Origin: Prochlorococcus sp. AG-409-O23 | GTDB lineage: Bacteria > Cyanobacteriota > Cyanobacteriia > PCC-6307 > Cyanobiaceae | Assembly: GCA_003215355.1 (NCBI GenBank) | Contig: QCKL01000001.1 | Coordinates: 51,001 to 115,000, forward strand | DNA length: 64,000 bases | Reading direction: 5' to 3' | Shown: positions 50,765 to 59,596 of the stretch, one piece after another | Position numbering within the stretch: position 1 is the first letter of the stretch | How the letters are laid out: each line of letters starts with the position of its first letter | Program-made: the position numbers and the translations under genes | Notes under the pieces: model-generated | Database searches by the model: none | Seen by the model: only the letters and a program-made list of their open reading frames with translations | Told to the model about the DNA's origin: nothing

Positions 50765-51262
50765 GAAAACAGCTAGAAAGAGATTGAGCTCTAGATAAAT
50801 GGTTGAAAATCTCAGTCACATCTCCTTGCCCTGAAAGCACTATCAACGAGCTAGGGATAAAACAATGGCCAATCTGGACTTGCGAATCGAGTTCATTCCC
50901 TTGGACTTACAGCGAAAAGGAGACCTGCCTATTACTTGAAGGAGACGTAACCGTTACTCCCGATGGAGGCGATCCTGTCAGGTTTGGGGTTGGTGATCTG
51001 GTCATTTTTCCTTCAGGGATGTCTTGCACATGGGAGGTGCATAAGGCAGTCCGCAAGCACTATCGTTTTGGTAACTAGCAAATCAATAAAAAACTGAGAT
51101 CCAGGGTTTACCCAAACCGCCCATTGTCGCCAAAACCGCTTGCTATGACTGACATCTCGTATTAGCTAATGAAAAGCGGCGCTGGAGTGGTAGACAGGGA
51201 TTACAAGGAATTTGAAAAATCGATACAAACCTCTCTTCTTTAAAAAGTACTGATTGATCAAT
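50765..51262 (+). repeat. roughly 0.5-kb duplicated block, copy 1 (cupin gene plus copy C of the EVE 5'-end repeat; core at 51165-51178)
   Basis: Colinear with 51995-52485 at an offset of 1230 nt through the cupin CDS. Contains ATGACTGACATCTCGTATTAGCTAATGAAAAGCGGCGC, a truncated EVE 5' end with a stop at codon 7. Confidence 0.8.
50803..51078 (+). CDS. small cupin (DUF861/cupin_3-like), paralog 1
   Basis: 91 aa: WPIWTCESSSFPWTYSEKETCLLLEGDVTVTPDGG...GDLVIFPSGMSCTWEV. 81 of 91 residues identical to the 52033-52308 product. TTG start. Confidence 0.72.
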   Translation: MKISVTSPCPESTINELGIKQWPIWTCESSSFPWTYSEKETCLLLEGDVTVTPDGGDPVRFGVGDLVIFPSGMSCTWEVHKAVRKHYRFGN

Positions 51263-51396
51263 AAGTGAAAATGAAAGAAGAAAAGCCACGCACCAATAAA
51301 GAAGACAGCAAAGGAAATATTGAGGATTCTCTACTGAATTATGAATACGACGAAGATGACGATGGTATCGATTGGGAGACCCAATAGAACTAAGGG

Positions 51397-51570
51397 ATGA
51401 GATATCGCATTACCAGACACGATGGGGAAGAAGATGACATCTCATCTCAGGATTTCGACAACTACGAGGATGTCTACGACTTACTAGAAGCAATCTACGG
51501 AGACATGTGCTGCTCAGATGCTGACTACGAAGACCGTCCTTACTATGAAATTGTTGAAGAGAAGGCTTGA
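51397..51570 (+). CDS. small acidic protein (57 aa)
   Basis: TAAGGGA precedes the ATG. MRYRITRHDGEEDDISSQDFDNYEDVYDLLEAIYGDMCCSDADYEDRPYYEIVEEKA. Below the track cutoff. Confidence 0.4.
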   Translation: MRYRITRHDGEEDDISSQDFDNYEDVYDLLEAIYGDMCCSDADYEDRPYYEIVEEKA

Positions 51571-51593
51571 TCGAACATTATGGAGTTTTTCTT

Positions 51594-52028
51594 ATGACAA
51601 GAATCAACTTGATAAAGCCAAGTGAATTATCTGATCAACATCTAATTGCGGAATATAGAGAAATTTTCATGATTGGCTCAGCACTCCAACGCTCAATAAA
51701 GTCAAAGGGTTGGGAGAGAACAAAAGAAAACTTGCCCAAAGAATTCACCTTGAATATTGGGCACGTCAAATTCTTCTATAACAAAGGGAAATACCTACAC
51801 AAAAGATATTTAGACCTAATAGCTGAAATGCAAAGTCGAGGAATGAATCCAAATCTAGAGCGCCAATTTAAAAAAGAGCAGTGGCCAAATGAGTTATATC
51901 AAGACTGGAATCCTAAAGAGAAAGACTTGCAACTTATAAGGAAAAGAATCACAGAAAAAATCAATCAAAAGCCAGATTGGTATCGCTGGACAAAGAAAAC
52001 AGCTAGAAAGAGATTGAGCCCTAGATAA
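51594..52028 (+). CDS. denV: pyrimidine dimer DNA glycosylase (T4 endonuclease V family)
   Basis: MTRINLIKPSELSDQHLIAEYREI... matches the T4 DenV N-terminus [24 protein letters not shown], and later GHVKFFYNK and KPDWYRW also match. The catalytic N-terminal Thr2 requires the ATG at 51594, not the track start at 51567. Confidence 0.85.
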   Translation: MTRINLIKPSELSDQHLIAEYREIFMIGSALQRSIKSKGWERTKENLPKEFTLNIGHVKFFYNKGKYLHKRYLDLIAEMQSRGMNPNLERQFKKEQWPNELYQDWNPKEKDLQLIRKRITEKINQKPDWYRWTKKTARKRLSPR

Positions 52029-52485
52029 TTAGTTGGCAATCTCAGTAACATCTCCCTGCCCTGAAAGCACAATCAACGAGCTAGGAATAAAACAGTGGCC
52101 GATATGGACTTGCGATCCCAGTAAGTTCCCTTGGACATATAGCGACAAAGAAACTTGTTTAATTCTCGAAGGGGATGTGACCGTTACTCCTGATGGAGGT
52201 AAGCCTGTCAGGTTTGGAGTCGGCGATCTAGTTGTCTTCCCTAAAGGGATGTCTTGTACATGGGAAGTGCATAAGGCAGTTCGGAAGCATTATCGTTTTG
52301 GCGACTAAAAAATCTATGAACCCCTGAGATCGAAGGTTTACCCAAACTTTACCCAAACCGCCCATTTTCGCCCAAATCCCTTGATATGACTGAAATTAAC
52401 TACTGGCTAATGAAAAGCGGCGCTTTAGTGGTGGAAAGGGATTCGGAGGAATCGCTAAAATAAATACAAACTAAATACACACTTT
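51995..52485 (+). repeat. roughly 0.5-kb duplicated block, copy 2 (cupin gene plus copy D of the EVE 5'-end repeat; core at 52406-52419)
   Basis: Contains ATGACTGAAATTAACTACTGGCTAATGAAAAGCGGCGC and an internal 11-bp tandem duplication, TTTACCCAAAC x2. Confidence 0.8.
52033..52308 (+). CDS. small cupin (DUF861/cupin_3-like), paralog 2
   Basis: See paralog 1. TTG start 4 nt after the denV stop. Confidence 0.72.
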   Translation: MAISVTSPCPESTINELGIKQWPIWTCDPSKFPWTYSDKETCLILEGDVTVTPDGGKPVRFGVGDLVVFPKGMSCTWEVHKAVRKHYRFGD

Positions 52486-52486
52486 T

Positions 52487-52969
52487 TCAAAGGAAAGAAG
52501 GGTCTAGAAGTGATGGTCGGTAAGAAAGCAAGAATGGTCTTTGTTCACTCTTAACTGCAGTAATCACATCTTCTCCTGTGTGCCAAATCCATTGTTGTTG
52601 AGGAGATCTGCCATCAACATCCACACTTGTACCAACTGGAGGACCAAAACGATGTCTTAACCCTGCCAATACTTCAGTCATATTTTCATAGTCCATTTCA
52701 TAAACAAGCTGTTTCAATCCATACGCCTCTTCAACACGAACACGCAGACTGTTCACAGGTAAACCACTCATCTGAAAATCTGTAACTTCAAAAAGATCCC
52801 TATTCAATCCTTCCTGAACAGGTTTTAAAGAAGTCCCAAGATGCTTCTCTACATTTGAGAGATCCATCCCCCACGACAAACCTTCCACACACGCAATTGC
52901 AGGTTTAGGCGATAATTGAATAAGCAAAAGAAATAAAGCTATCGCAACGTATCTAAAAGCCTTCGTCAT
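52487..52969 (-). CDS. hypothetical secreted protein
   Basis: Signal peptide (IALFLLLIQLSPKPAIA). 160 aa. Flanked by AACTAAATACACAC direct repeats at 52469-52482 and 53077-53090. Confidence 0.5.
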   Translation of the reverse strand: MTKAFRYVAIALFLLLIQLSPKPAIACVEGLSWGMDLSNVEKHLGTSLKPVQEGLNRDLFEVTDFQMSGLPVNSLRVRVEEAYGLKQLVYEMDYENMTEVLAGLRHRFGPPVGTSVDVDGRSPQQQWIWHTGEDVITAVKSEQRPFLLSYRPSLLDPSFL

Positions 52970-53116
52970 TTAAATGCCTTTATTCCTTTCTAAAGAAGAA
53001 CCTAGCTTGCTCTGTAGACCAATCATGCCTTTTATGAGCCATCAAACTTAAACTGGTTCCATACACACCAAATACCAACTAAATACACACTCTACAATTC
53101 TCGCAAATCCCTTGCT

Positions 53117-53584
53117 ATGACTGACATATCCTATTGGCTAATGAAAAGCGAGCCAGATGCATACAGCATCACTGACTTGAGAAGAGAACAAACAACCCTA
53201 TGGGATGGGATACGCAATTATCAAGCCAGAAACTTTATGAGATCAATGTCAATTGGCGATCAAGCATTCTTTTACCACTCTAATTGCAAGCCACCTTGCA
53301 TTGTTGGGATGATGGAAGTAATCAATATTTCGATCATTGACCCAACTCAGTTTGATCCAAAATCGAAATATTATGATCCAAAGTCTAAACAGGAAAGTCC
53401 AAAATGGGACTGTTCAGAACTGAAATATTTGAGTGAATTTAGTAGTCCTATAACACTTGAAGAGTTAAAGAAAACTTACACCAGTGAAGATCTTCAAGTC
53501 GTACGGAAAGGAAATCGTCTCTCCATAATGCCTATCAAGAAAGAAATCGCAGAAGATCTAATTAGACAATCCGGTTTGCTCTAA
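53117..53584 (+). CDS. EVE (PUA-like) domain protein
   Basis: YWLMKSEPDAYSITDL...WDGIRNYQARNFMRSMSIGDQAFFYHS, the EVE domain signature. Its 5' end is the source of the repeats (copy E, core at 53137-53150). Confidence 0.8.
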   Translation: MTDISYWLMKSEPDAYSITDLRREQTTLWDGIRNYQARNFMRSMSIGDQAFFYHSNCKPPCIVGMMEVINISIIDPTQFDPKSKYYDPKSKQESPKWDCSELKYLSEFSSPITLEELKKTYTSEDLQVVRKGNRLSIMPIKKEIAEDLIRQSGLL

Positions 53585-53637
53585 TAAAGACGGCTTACAA
53601 AAGTTTGCCGGACTAGATGCAAAGTCTTTCTTTGAGC

Positions 53638-53946
53638 TTAAGCCTCTTTCATTAAAGATTCACATCCAAACATATTGCCAATATAAAGGCGAGTAATTGG
53701 TCTTGAATCAACTCCATTTTGCACGAGAAACCCAGCCAAAGCAGCCTGAATCAACCTGTACTGATCCCAGTTTGGATAACGCTCAATAAAATTAGCCATA
53801 GCCCCTTGCAGAGCTATAGGCAGCTCAGATTGGAAACTCACTACCCCTTGTGATTCATTCAACTCTTCACTCAGAAGCTGCTCAGAGGCCAACACCCCGC
53901 CCAAAGACGCTTCACCTGAACAAGACCTGGAATCTTCCAGTTGCAT
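53638..53946 (-). CDS. DUF2811-like cyanobacterial protein
   Basis: C-terminal half: LQGAMANFIERYPNWDQYRLIQAALAGFLVQNG. Family name is from memory. Confidence 0.5.
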   Translation of the reverse strand: MQLEDSRSCSGEASLGGVLASEQLLSEELNESQGVVSFQSELPIALQGAMANFIERYPNWDQYRLIQAALAGFLVQNGVDSRPITRLYIGNMFGCESLMKEA

Positions 53947-54253
53947 CTGAAATTTCTCGAATGACCACTAGTTCTCCACAGATAAAGGAACTAGTCAAGA
54001 GTCCCGCAACATGCCTTGTCTCAAGCGGTCTCACTCTTAGAATCTAGACTCGGCAAGAGAGCTTGCTGCAGGCTGCTCTGTTCATATAGCTACGGAACAG
54101 AACTCGTCAAGCAAATACCGCCCAGAAAGACAGTTTTTCCACAAGCCCTAACCGTGCCAAAGATTTAAGCGTTATCCCTGTGGAATAATTGTGGAATACC
54201 TTGCTAAATCGAGGGGAAATATAAAAGCAATCCGAAATGATCAGGCACGCTAA

Positions 54254-54631
54254 TCATTGGTAGGAATCCCACATTGTTCTCATGGCAGTTGCAATTGCCT
54301 TGGAAGCAGGAGTAGGCCACTGGACCTCAACACCACGCAAAGGATTCTCCTCATACTCAAGAATCAACTTCAGGCTCCAAGAGTCCTTATCCCCATCAAG
54401 GCACGCCCACCAAGGCTTTCTTTCTAGTTCTAATGCAATTGACTCTTGTGGCATTAATTGCTTTTCGAGCTGCTTATGTTGTTCAACTAAATCTCCAATG
54501 AGTGGGACTAGAGAGTCCCACTCATTGGCTGTCAGCTCTATTGCCCAATTATCTCCTCCTATAAGTACAGGAAAATTTCGACGCAAAGTATCCCTGGCCA
54601 ATCTCCAGCCTGGTCCCTCTTCGTTAATCAT
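54254..54631 (-). CDS. DUF1818-like cyanobacterial protein
   Basis: MINEEGPGWRLARD...GGDNWAIELTANEW. I prefer the ATG at 54631, just downstream of the rpoZ stop, over the track start at 54685. Confidence 0.5.
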   Translation of the reverse strand: MINEEGPGWRLARDTLRRNFPVLIGGDNWAIELTANEWDSLVPLIGDLVEQHKQLEKQLMPQESIALELERKPWWACLDGDKDSWSLKLILEYEENPLRGVEVQWPTPASKAIATAMRTMWDSYQ

Positions 54632-54635
54632 GGCC

Positions 54636-54863
54636 TCAGCCTGGCAAAAGATCAGGTTGATCCTGCTCATCACTAAGTTCAACAATTGCTCGCTGGACTG
54701 GTTTCACACTTGATTCTTCTAACAGTCCATCAAAATCATCAAAGCGTCTTTGCTTTGCACGAAATGCTATGCGCACTGTAGTGAGATAACGATTGCTCGA
54801 TTGACGTATAAGGCTCTCACCCCGCTTAGCAAGATCCTTTGCATCCAAGCCTGAAGTAATCAC
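54636..54863 (-). CDS. rpoZ: DNA-directed RNA polymerase subunit omega
   Basis: [45 protein letters not shown] matches the cyanobacterial RpoZ pattern. Confidence 0.82.
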   Translation of the reverse strand: MITSGLDAKDLAKRGESLIRQSSNRYLTTVRIAFRAKQRRFDDFDGLLEESSVKPVQRAIVELSDEQDQPDLLPG

Positions 54864-54910
54864 TTAGCTCATTCAAATATGAACTCACTTTAAAGGAGAG
54901 TGGAAAGCTC

Positions 54911-55225
54911 TCAGGCAAATAGATCTGTATGTAAAAGGGAAGGCAAAGTTCTTGAGTAATACTGATCCATTGCTCCAGGAACATACAAAACAATCTCTCG
55001 GCCAATCCCAATTGCAGCAAAAGGGACACTGATATAACTAAGCAGAGCCTTCAACTGATTGAAATGTGTGCCATCTAAACACTCAATACAAATACTCCCC
55101 TTCATTAGTTGCATCTTGCACACTTGAAGGGGCTGCAAGGCAAACTTGATAGAGAGATCTTCCCTATAAAACGAAAAGACCAAGCATTTCAACCTATCCA
55201 TAAAATTTACCCCTCTTAATCTCAT
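54911..55225 (-). CDS. conserved hypothetical protein
   Basis: 104-aa ORF divergent from the Hsp70-like gene. Start uncertain. Confidence 0.4.
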   Translation of the reverse strand: MRLRGVNFMDRLKCLVFSFYREDLSIKFALQPLQVCKMQLMKGSICIECLDGTHFNQLKALLSYISVPFAAIGIGREIVLYVPGAMDQYYSRTLPSLLHTDLFA

Positions 55226-55243
55226 ATAGCACCCAACCTTCCT

Positions 55244-56866
55244 ATGGCAGAGGAAATACCCTCAAAGATCAAACGCCCAGAGCATGCAATGGCTCCTCAG
55301 TGTTGCACCCTTGCAATAGATCTCGGGAACTCAACAACAGTTGTTGCCTTACAAGGAGAACTAGAAGCAAAGCCAATTCTTTTAGAGCTTCCACCCATTA
55401 GTCGCTTCCCTGGAGAAGTACCCAGTCTTGTGTGGCAAAACCAAAGAGAGAGTGCAAACCTTTTAATAGGTCAACAAGTCCTCGAATTAGGGTTGACCGC
55501 ACAGGATCATCCAAGCTTATGCCGAGACTTCAAGCGATGGATAGGTGCTCCTACTCAACCGAATCTAAGAAGTTCTTTTTTGTCAGCGGAAAGGGCAGGT
55601 GAGCTTTTGTTAAGGCAAATCTGGCACAGGGTTCCATCCAATCTGGAAATTAACAGGCTTGTTTTAACTGCACCTATCAATACTTACCGTGCATATAGAA
55701 ATTGGCTCTTGAAAGTTTGCAGCGAGCTTGAGGTGAAAGAGATAGCCCTTGTTGACGAGCCAACAGCAGCCGCGATGGGAGCAGGCCTCCCCCCAGGTTC
55801 AAAATTATTAGTTGTTGATGTAGGCGGAAGCACAATAGATATCTCTCTAGTCGCTCTAGAAGGCGGAGAGGGGCGAGCAGATCCTGTTGCTCAGTTGCTA
55901 CGTTTCAATGGCGAAGACCTGGAAGGTAAAAGCAGTCAGGTACTTCGCTGCGCAAAGGTACTTGGTAAAGCGGGACTCCGCCTAGGAGGCAGAGACTTCG
56001 ATAAATGGATAGCTGGATATCTATATCCAAATCTTAAACAGACAGAATTAATCCTCAATGCTGCGGAAAGGCTTAAATGTCGACTGAGCAAAGATGGCCT
56101 CAAAGAAACCGAAGTCATTTATGAATCATTAGGCGATTCCTCTACGCATAACTATCAGCGTTTTGAGCTAAATAAAAAAGAATTTGAGAAGCTCTTAATA
56201 GAAAGAGGTTTTCTTAAAAGTCTTGCAGCACTTCTAGAACAAACTCTTGCTAATGGCAGAGCCAATGGTTGCAATCTAGAAGACCTCAATGGAGTCGTTG
56301 TGGTGGGAGGAGGTGCACGAATACCTTTAATTCGCCAATGGTTAGAAGAGCACACAAAACCGGCTCCACTATTGACGCCTCCACCAGTAGAAGCCGTTGC
56401 TTTAGGTGCACTAAATCTGACCCCAGGTGTAAGGGTGCGAGACGTCCTTCATAAGGGCGTATGGCTGCGTTGCTGGGATCAACGGAGTCAAAAGCATATG
56501 TGGCATCCTCTTTTCCTTGCAGGGCAACCCTGGCCCACATCAAACCCTCTTGAGATAGTCCTAGCAGGGAACAAAGAAAATCAGTCTGAACTTGAATTAG
56601 TAATTGGAGAGCCTGAGAATCTAGGGAAGCATGAGGTCGTTTACGTCAATGGCATCCCAACAGTAAAAACCAATCCAGTAGAGCCTGAGCTAATTCCATG
56701 GTCAGATGATCCAGTCTTGATAGGTCTAAACCCGCCTGGTAATCCAGGAGAAGATCTTCTCAACTTAAGGTTCAGTATTAACGAACACTCGTATCTGGAA
56801 ATGGAAGGAAAAGATCTGCGTACTGGCAAAGAGCTAATTAAACAAAACCTAGGTTCAGTAAGGTAA
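55244..56866 (+). CDS. Hsp70 (DnaK) family protein, non-canonical short form
   Basis: Actin-fold ATPase motifs (AIDLGNSTTVVA, ALVDEPTAAAMGAG, LVVDVGGSTIDISLV, VVVVGGGARIPLI). 540 aa with a divergent C-terminus. Confidence 0.85.
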   Translation: MAEEIPSKIKRPEHAMAPQCCTLAIDLGNSTTVVALQGELEAKPILLELPPISRFPGEVPSLVWQNQRESANLLIGQQVLELGLTAQDHPSLCRDFKRWIGAPTQPNLRSSFLSAERAGELLLRQIWHRVPSNLEINRLVLTAPINTYRAYRNWLLKVCSELEVKEIALVDEPTAAAMGAGLPPGSKLLVVDVGGSTIDISLVALEGGEGRADPVAQLLRFNGEDLEGKSSQVLRCAKVLGKAGLRLGGRDFDKWIAGYLYPNLKQTELILNAAERLKCRLSKDGLKETEVIYESLGDSSTHNYQRFELNKKEFEKLLIERGFLKSLAALLEQTLANGRANGCNLEDLNGVVVVGGGARIPLIRQWLEEHTKPAPLLTPPPVEAVALGALNLTPGVRVRDVLHKGVWLRCWDQRSQKHMWHPLFLAGQPWPTSNPLEIVLAGNKENQSELELVIGEPENLGKHEVVYVNGIPTVKTNPVEPELIPWSDDPVLIGLNPPGNPGEDLLNLRFSINEHSYLEMEGKDLRTGKELIKQNLGSVR

Positions 56867-56909
56867 AAACAAGATTTTTAAATCTAAGCAAAAAGAATAT
56901 CTGAGCCAA

Positions 56910-57464
56910 TCATTCAATTACTTGACGAAGGAAGACTCCTTCTTCTCCATCAACATCACGAAGACGCAATTCAATTGATTCTGTCCTGCGAGTTGGGACT
57001 TCACGGCCACAAAAATCTGGTTGAATAGGAACTTCTCTGTGCCCACGATCAACCATCGCCAATAACATCACTCTTTGAGGTCTACCCCAAGCCTGAAGAG
57101 CTTCAAGTGCAGCTCTCACAGTCCTACCAGTAAAAATCACATCATCGACCAAAACCACCTGACGTCCCTCCACACTTGTCGGGAGATCAGTTGGTTGGAC
57201 CATTCGTGTACCAACTCTCGTCAAATCATCTCGATGGTAAGTAGGGTCAAGACTTCCTTGTGCAATTGCATGACCAGTTATTGCCTCAAGATCTTTTGCA
57301 AGAACTCGCGCAAGGTGAACACCCCTAGTAGGGATACCAAGAAGCAAAAGAGCCTTGCTATCGGAGACTTTTTCTAGAACTTGAGAAGCAAGGCGTGCGA
57401 GCGTCCTACACAACTCTTGTTCAGAAAGTATCTCTACCCTTTCATCGCTATGGGTGTCAGTCAT
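56910..57464 (-). CDS. pyrR: bifunctional pyrimidine operon regulator / uracil phosphoribosyltransferase
   Basis: PRPP motif VVLVDDVIFTGRTVRAALEAL and PyrR N-terminal region LLLGIPTRGVHLA. 184 aa. Confidence 0.9.
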   Translation of the reverse strand: MTDTHSDERVEILSEQELCRTLARLASQVLEKVSDSKALLLLGIPTRGVHLARVLAKDLEAITGHAIAQGSLDPTYHRDDLTRVGTRMVQPTDLPTSVEGRQVVLVDDVIFTGRTVRAALEALQAWGRPQRVMLLAMVDRGHREVPIQPDFCGREVPTRRTESIELRLRDVDGEEGVFLRQVIE

Positions 57465-57626
57465 TGAAGGTTCTATTGGATATAGATTTTATGCCGAACC
57501 CACGACGAAGGCGTAATCCATTGCATTCGCAAAAGCTGACGGAAGTCGGTATAAAAGCGGCCCTGGACCTATGAGGAAGTAATTTGATATTTAGGCACCC
57601 AATAGGCAGGAATCCTCCCGGTCAAT

Positions 57627-59249
57627 ATGCCTAAAAGTAGTTCCGCTGACTCCATGCGTTCTGGCCAAATAGCGCCTGTAGTCCTGGCGATACTTGATGG
57701 CTGGGGCCATCGTGAAGAGAAGGTAAATAATGCAATTAAAAACGCCCATACGCCCGTAATGGATGCTCTCTGGCATGCTTATCCGCATACGTTGATCGAA
57801 GCGAGTGGCGCCGATGTTGGACTACCTGACGAGCAGATGGGGAATTCTGAGGTTGGACATTTAACAATTGGTGCAGGCCGTGTTATTCAGCAAGAACTAG
57901 TTCGTATTAGTAATACTGTTCGAAAAGATGGCCTAAAGGACACACCTGCACTTCAAAACCTGGCAAAAGGCTTGAAAAAAAACCGTGGCACTCTTCATCT
58001 AATTGGGCTCTGCTCGGATGGGGGAGTTCATAGTCATCTAAATCATCTTGGAGGCCTTTTGGAATGGGCTGAAGCTACAGGGCTAAGCAAAGTGGCTGTC
58101 CATGCAATCACTGATGGGCGAGATACTCCTACAAGAAGCGCTGTTGGCTTCCTTGACTTCATTGAAAAAAAGCTCAAAAGCACTGGGATAGGAGAACTAG
58201 CCAGCCTTTGTGGCAGATATTGGGCAATGGATCGAGACAGTCGGTGGGAGAGGACCTCCAAGGCCTATGAGCTTTACACGAATCCAGAATTCTCACTTCT
58301 TGAATCATCAGCTCAAGAAGTACTTGCGACAAGCTATTCCAACGACACCACGGATGAATTTCTTGAGCCAGTTCGCCTCACATCTTCTTATCTGAAAGAC
58401 GGCGATGGTTTAATCATGTTCAATTTTCGGCCAGATCGTGCTCGACAATTAATCCAGGCGTTAACCCTCAAGGAATTTGATAGCTTCCCAACAAGATATC
58501 AACCAAAGCTAGATGTAGTCACCTTCACTCAATATGAGGCTGACTTACCAGTTTCAGTAGCGTTTCCCCCTGAATCATTAGATCATCTTCTTGGTCAAGT
58601 AGTTGCTGAACATGGGCTTAGGCAATACCGCACAGCGGAAACTGAAAAGTATCCTCATGTAACGTATTTTTTAAATGGCGGCATAGAAAAACCTCTAGCT
58701 GGAGAAGATCGCCATCTTGTTCCTTCCCCCCGAGTAGCTACCTATGACCTTTCTCCAGAAATGGCAGCAGATGCACTAACCGAAAGCTGCATATCTGCTA
58801 TCGAAAGTGGTATTTATTCTTTAATAGTAATTAACTATGCCAACCCAGATATGGTTGGACATACAGGAATTATGGGTGCAGCTACCAAAGCTATTGAGAC
58901 TGTCGATTGTTGTATAGGTCGACTTCTTGAATCAACAGGAAAAATGAGCGGAACACTACTTATAACTGCAGATCATGGGAATGCTGAGTTAATGGAAGGA
59001 CCCGATGGTCAGGCCTGGACCGCTCACACCACCAACCCAGTTCCTGTCATCCTCGTGGAAGGCGAAAAAAGAAAGTTAGCTGGACATGGAAATGCAATTC
59101 ACTTACGAGAGGGAGGGGGGCTTGCAGATATAGCTCCGACTATCCTTCAATTACTTGAACTACCAAAACCTATTGCAATGACCGGATTTTCACTCATTGC
59201 AACTGTTGAAGCTGCATCAGTTCCACCCGTAATATCTCAAGTTCTCTAA
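57627..59249 (+). CDS. gpmI: 2,3-bisphosphoglycerate-independent phosphoglycerate mutase
   Basis: [56 protein letters not shown]. Confidence 0.93.
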   Translation: MPKSSSADSMRSGQIAPVVLAILDGWGHREEKVNNAIKNAHTPVMDALWHAYPHTLIEASGADVGLPDEQMGNSEVGHLTIGAGRVIQQELVRISNTVRKDGLKDTPALQNLAKGLKKNRGTLHLIGLCSDGGVHSHLNHLGGLLEWAEATGLSKVAVHAITDGRDTPTRSAVGFLDFIEKKLKSTGIGELASLCGRYWAMDRDSRWERTSKAYELYTNPEFSLLESSAQEVLATSYSNDTTDEFLEPVRLTSSYLKDGDGLIMFNFRPDRARQLIQALTLKEFDSFPTRYQPKLDVVTFTQYEADLPVSVAFPPESLDHLLGQVVAEHGLRQYRTAETEKYPHVTYFLNGGIEKPLAGEDRHLVPSPRVATYDLSPEMAADALTESCISAIESGIYSLIVINYANPDMVGHTGIMGAATKAIETVDCCIGRLLESTGKMSGTLLITADHGNAELMEGPDGQAWTAHTTNPVPVILVEGEKRKLAGHGNAIHLREGGGLADIAPTILQLLELPKPIAMTGFSLIATVEAASVPPVISQVL

Positions 59250-59306
59250 GCAATATGCAGTACAAGCTCCAACTCCAATAGAGCTACTAACTACTAAAAT
59301 CTAAAA

Positions 59307-59537
59307 ATGATCATATCTATTCTTTCCTGGGCATGGGTTGCATCTGGATTAATCCTGATCCTGCTTATTCTTCTGCATAGTCCAAAAGGAGATGGCATGG
59401 GAGGCCTTGCGGCTAGCGGAAGCTCAATGTTCACAAGCGCAAGTAGTGCTGAAGCCTCACTTAATAGAGCAACCTGGACAATCTTGGCAATCTTTCTCAG
59501 TCTTGCAGTAATCCTTAGTGCTGGCTGGCTTAATTAA
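59307..59537 (+). CDS. secG: preprotein translocase subunit SecG
   Basis: 76 aa with two TM helices. LLILLHSPKGDGMGGL motif. Confidence 0.8.
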   Translation: MIISILSWAWVASGLILILLILLHSPKGDGMGGLAASGSSMFTSASSAEASLNRATWTILAIFLSLAVILSAGWLN

Positions 59538-59596
59538 GCCCAAAGGAATTTTAAAATCTAGACTTTTATATAACAGAGAAAAAAGATTCCAAGCCT

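Noticed and set aside
54282-54713. 143-aa plus-strand ORF antisense to the DUF1818-like gene and the rpoZ 3' end
   Set aside because: It is the shadow of a conserved minus-strand gene pair, with a Ser/Cys-rich low-complexity product.
57465-57626. PyrR-binding loop or glutamine-riboswitch-like element (GACGGAAGU; GGUCCAGGGCC) in the pyrR-gpmI intergenic region
   Set aside because: Only partial matches to the PyrR loop (UCCAGAGAGG) and to the ACGGAAGU E-loop are present, and I could not build the flanking helices that either model requires.
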